Assembly: GCA_963813815.1 (NCBI GenBank)
Contig: CAWFAD010000010.1
Coordinates: 1-64,000, forward strand
From: an uncultured bacterium
Lineage (GTDB): Bacteria; Krumholzibacteriota; Krumholzibacteriia; Krumholzibacteriales; Krumholzibacteriaceae
DNA length: 64,000 nt
Direction: 5' to 3'
Shown: piece by piece, positions 63,303-64,000 of the stretch
Numbering within the stretch: the stretch's first letter is position 1
Layout: each line of letters starts with the position of its first letter
Notes under the pieces: model-generated
Seen by the model: the letters and a program-made list of their open reading frames with translations, nothing else
The model's database searches: none
What the model was told of the DNA's origin: nothing
Position numbers and translations under genes: made by a program

Positions 63303-64000
63303 CTAGGAAACGAGCAGCGTCGAGACGATGATCTGCGCGAGGAGGATCTTCGCGATCATCGAGGCGGGATAGACGGCGGCGTAGTAGACGTTCGGCAGCT
63401 CGTTGCCGGCCTGCTGGTTCGCGTAGGCGAGCACGGCGGGCTGCGTGTGCATGCCGGAGACCACGCCCATCACCGCGGAGAGCGGGAGCCGGAAGATCTT
63501 CGAGCAAACGACGACCGCCGCCACCGTCACGAAGGTCGTGATCGCCGCTCCGGCCGCGATGAGCCCCCAGCCGCCCGATTGGAAGGTGGCCCCGAAGCCT
63601 TCCCCCGCCTTGGTTCCGATCCCCGCGAGGAAGAAAACGAGCCCGACCTGCCGGATGACGAGGTTCGCCGCGAAGGGAAGCCCCCAGATCACGGGTCCCG
63701 TTCGCTCGAGCTTGCCGAGGATGAGCCCCACGAGCAGCGGGCCGCCCGCGAAGCCGAGCCGGAACATCATGCCGTTCGGCAGAGGGAGGGCGATCATGCC
63801 GAGGAACACGCCGAGCACGATGCCGATGGAGAGCGAGAGGTAATCGGTCTCGGAGATCGAGCGGAGCGAATCGCCGAAAAAGCGGGAAATCGTCTCGATG
63901 TTCTCGCGTTTCGTGACGACGCGGATGCGGTCGCCCGACTCGAGGATCGTATCGGGACCGGGCACGAAGTCGACGTCGCCGCGGCGCAGCCGCGTGATCG
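63303..64000 (-). CDS. Aspartate:alanine exchanger (YidE/YbjL) family transporter, 3' part
   Basis: TrkA-C-like segment, LGFAGGPLLVGLILG, GMHTQPAVL, YAAVYP. Confidence 0.88.
   Translation of the reverse strand, partial: ITRLRRGDVDFVPGPDTILESGDRIRVVTKRENIETISRFFGDSLRSISETDYLSLSIGIVLGVFLGMIALPLPNGMMFRLGFAGGPLLVGLILGKLERTGPVIWGLPFAANLVIRQVGLVFFLAGIGTKAGEGFGATFQSGGWGLIAAGAAITTFVTVAAVVVCSKIFRLPLSAVMGVVSGMHTQPAVLAYANQQAGNELPNVYYAAVYPASMIAKILLAQIIVSTLLVS

Overview
High-GC bacterial chromosomal window. The WGxIKxL(Y/F) protein tails suggest Krumholzibacteriota, Latescibacterota or a relative; this is inference. Four parts are visible. (1) 1-11.4 kb: the distal part of an integron cassette array with no integrase in the window. 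It has 3 intact and several decayed attC sites. Cassettes encode a Ser/Thr kinase, a serine hydrolase, a methyltransferase, an SDR, KatG, four secreted proteins sharing a C-terminal WGxIKxL(Y/F) tail, and a terminal HigBA. (2) 11.4-23.4 kb: a minus-strand cluster with sat, cysC, five alkaline-phosphatase-superfamily proteins, a small LxxLGY-tail protein and an EMC3/DUF106-like membrane protein, but no canonical sulfotransferase. (3) Housekeeping genes: pstSCAB, nfnAB, hypFE, guaB, tilS-hpt-ftsH-folP-dacA, ilvC, gltX and 3 tRNAs. These are interrupted at 44.4-51.9 kb by a sigma-54-type operon of degenerate chemosensory parts feeding a dead/active HD-GYP pair. (4) 62.4-63.3 kb: an ArsR-led operon whose two small genes each reach an in-frame Pro-Thr-UGA followed by a SECIS-like hairpin, i.e. 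candidate unannotated selenoproteins. Many single-base frameshifts, mostly at 11-26 kb, look like assembly indels.
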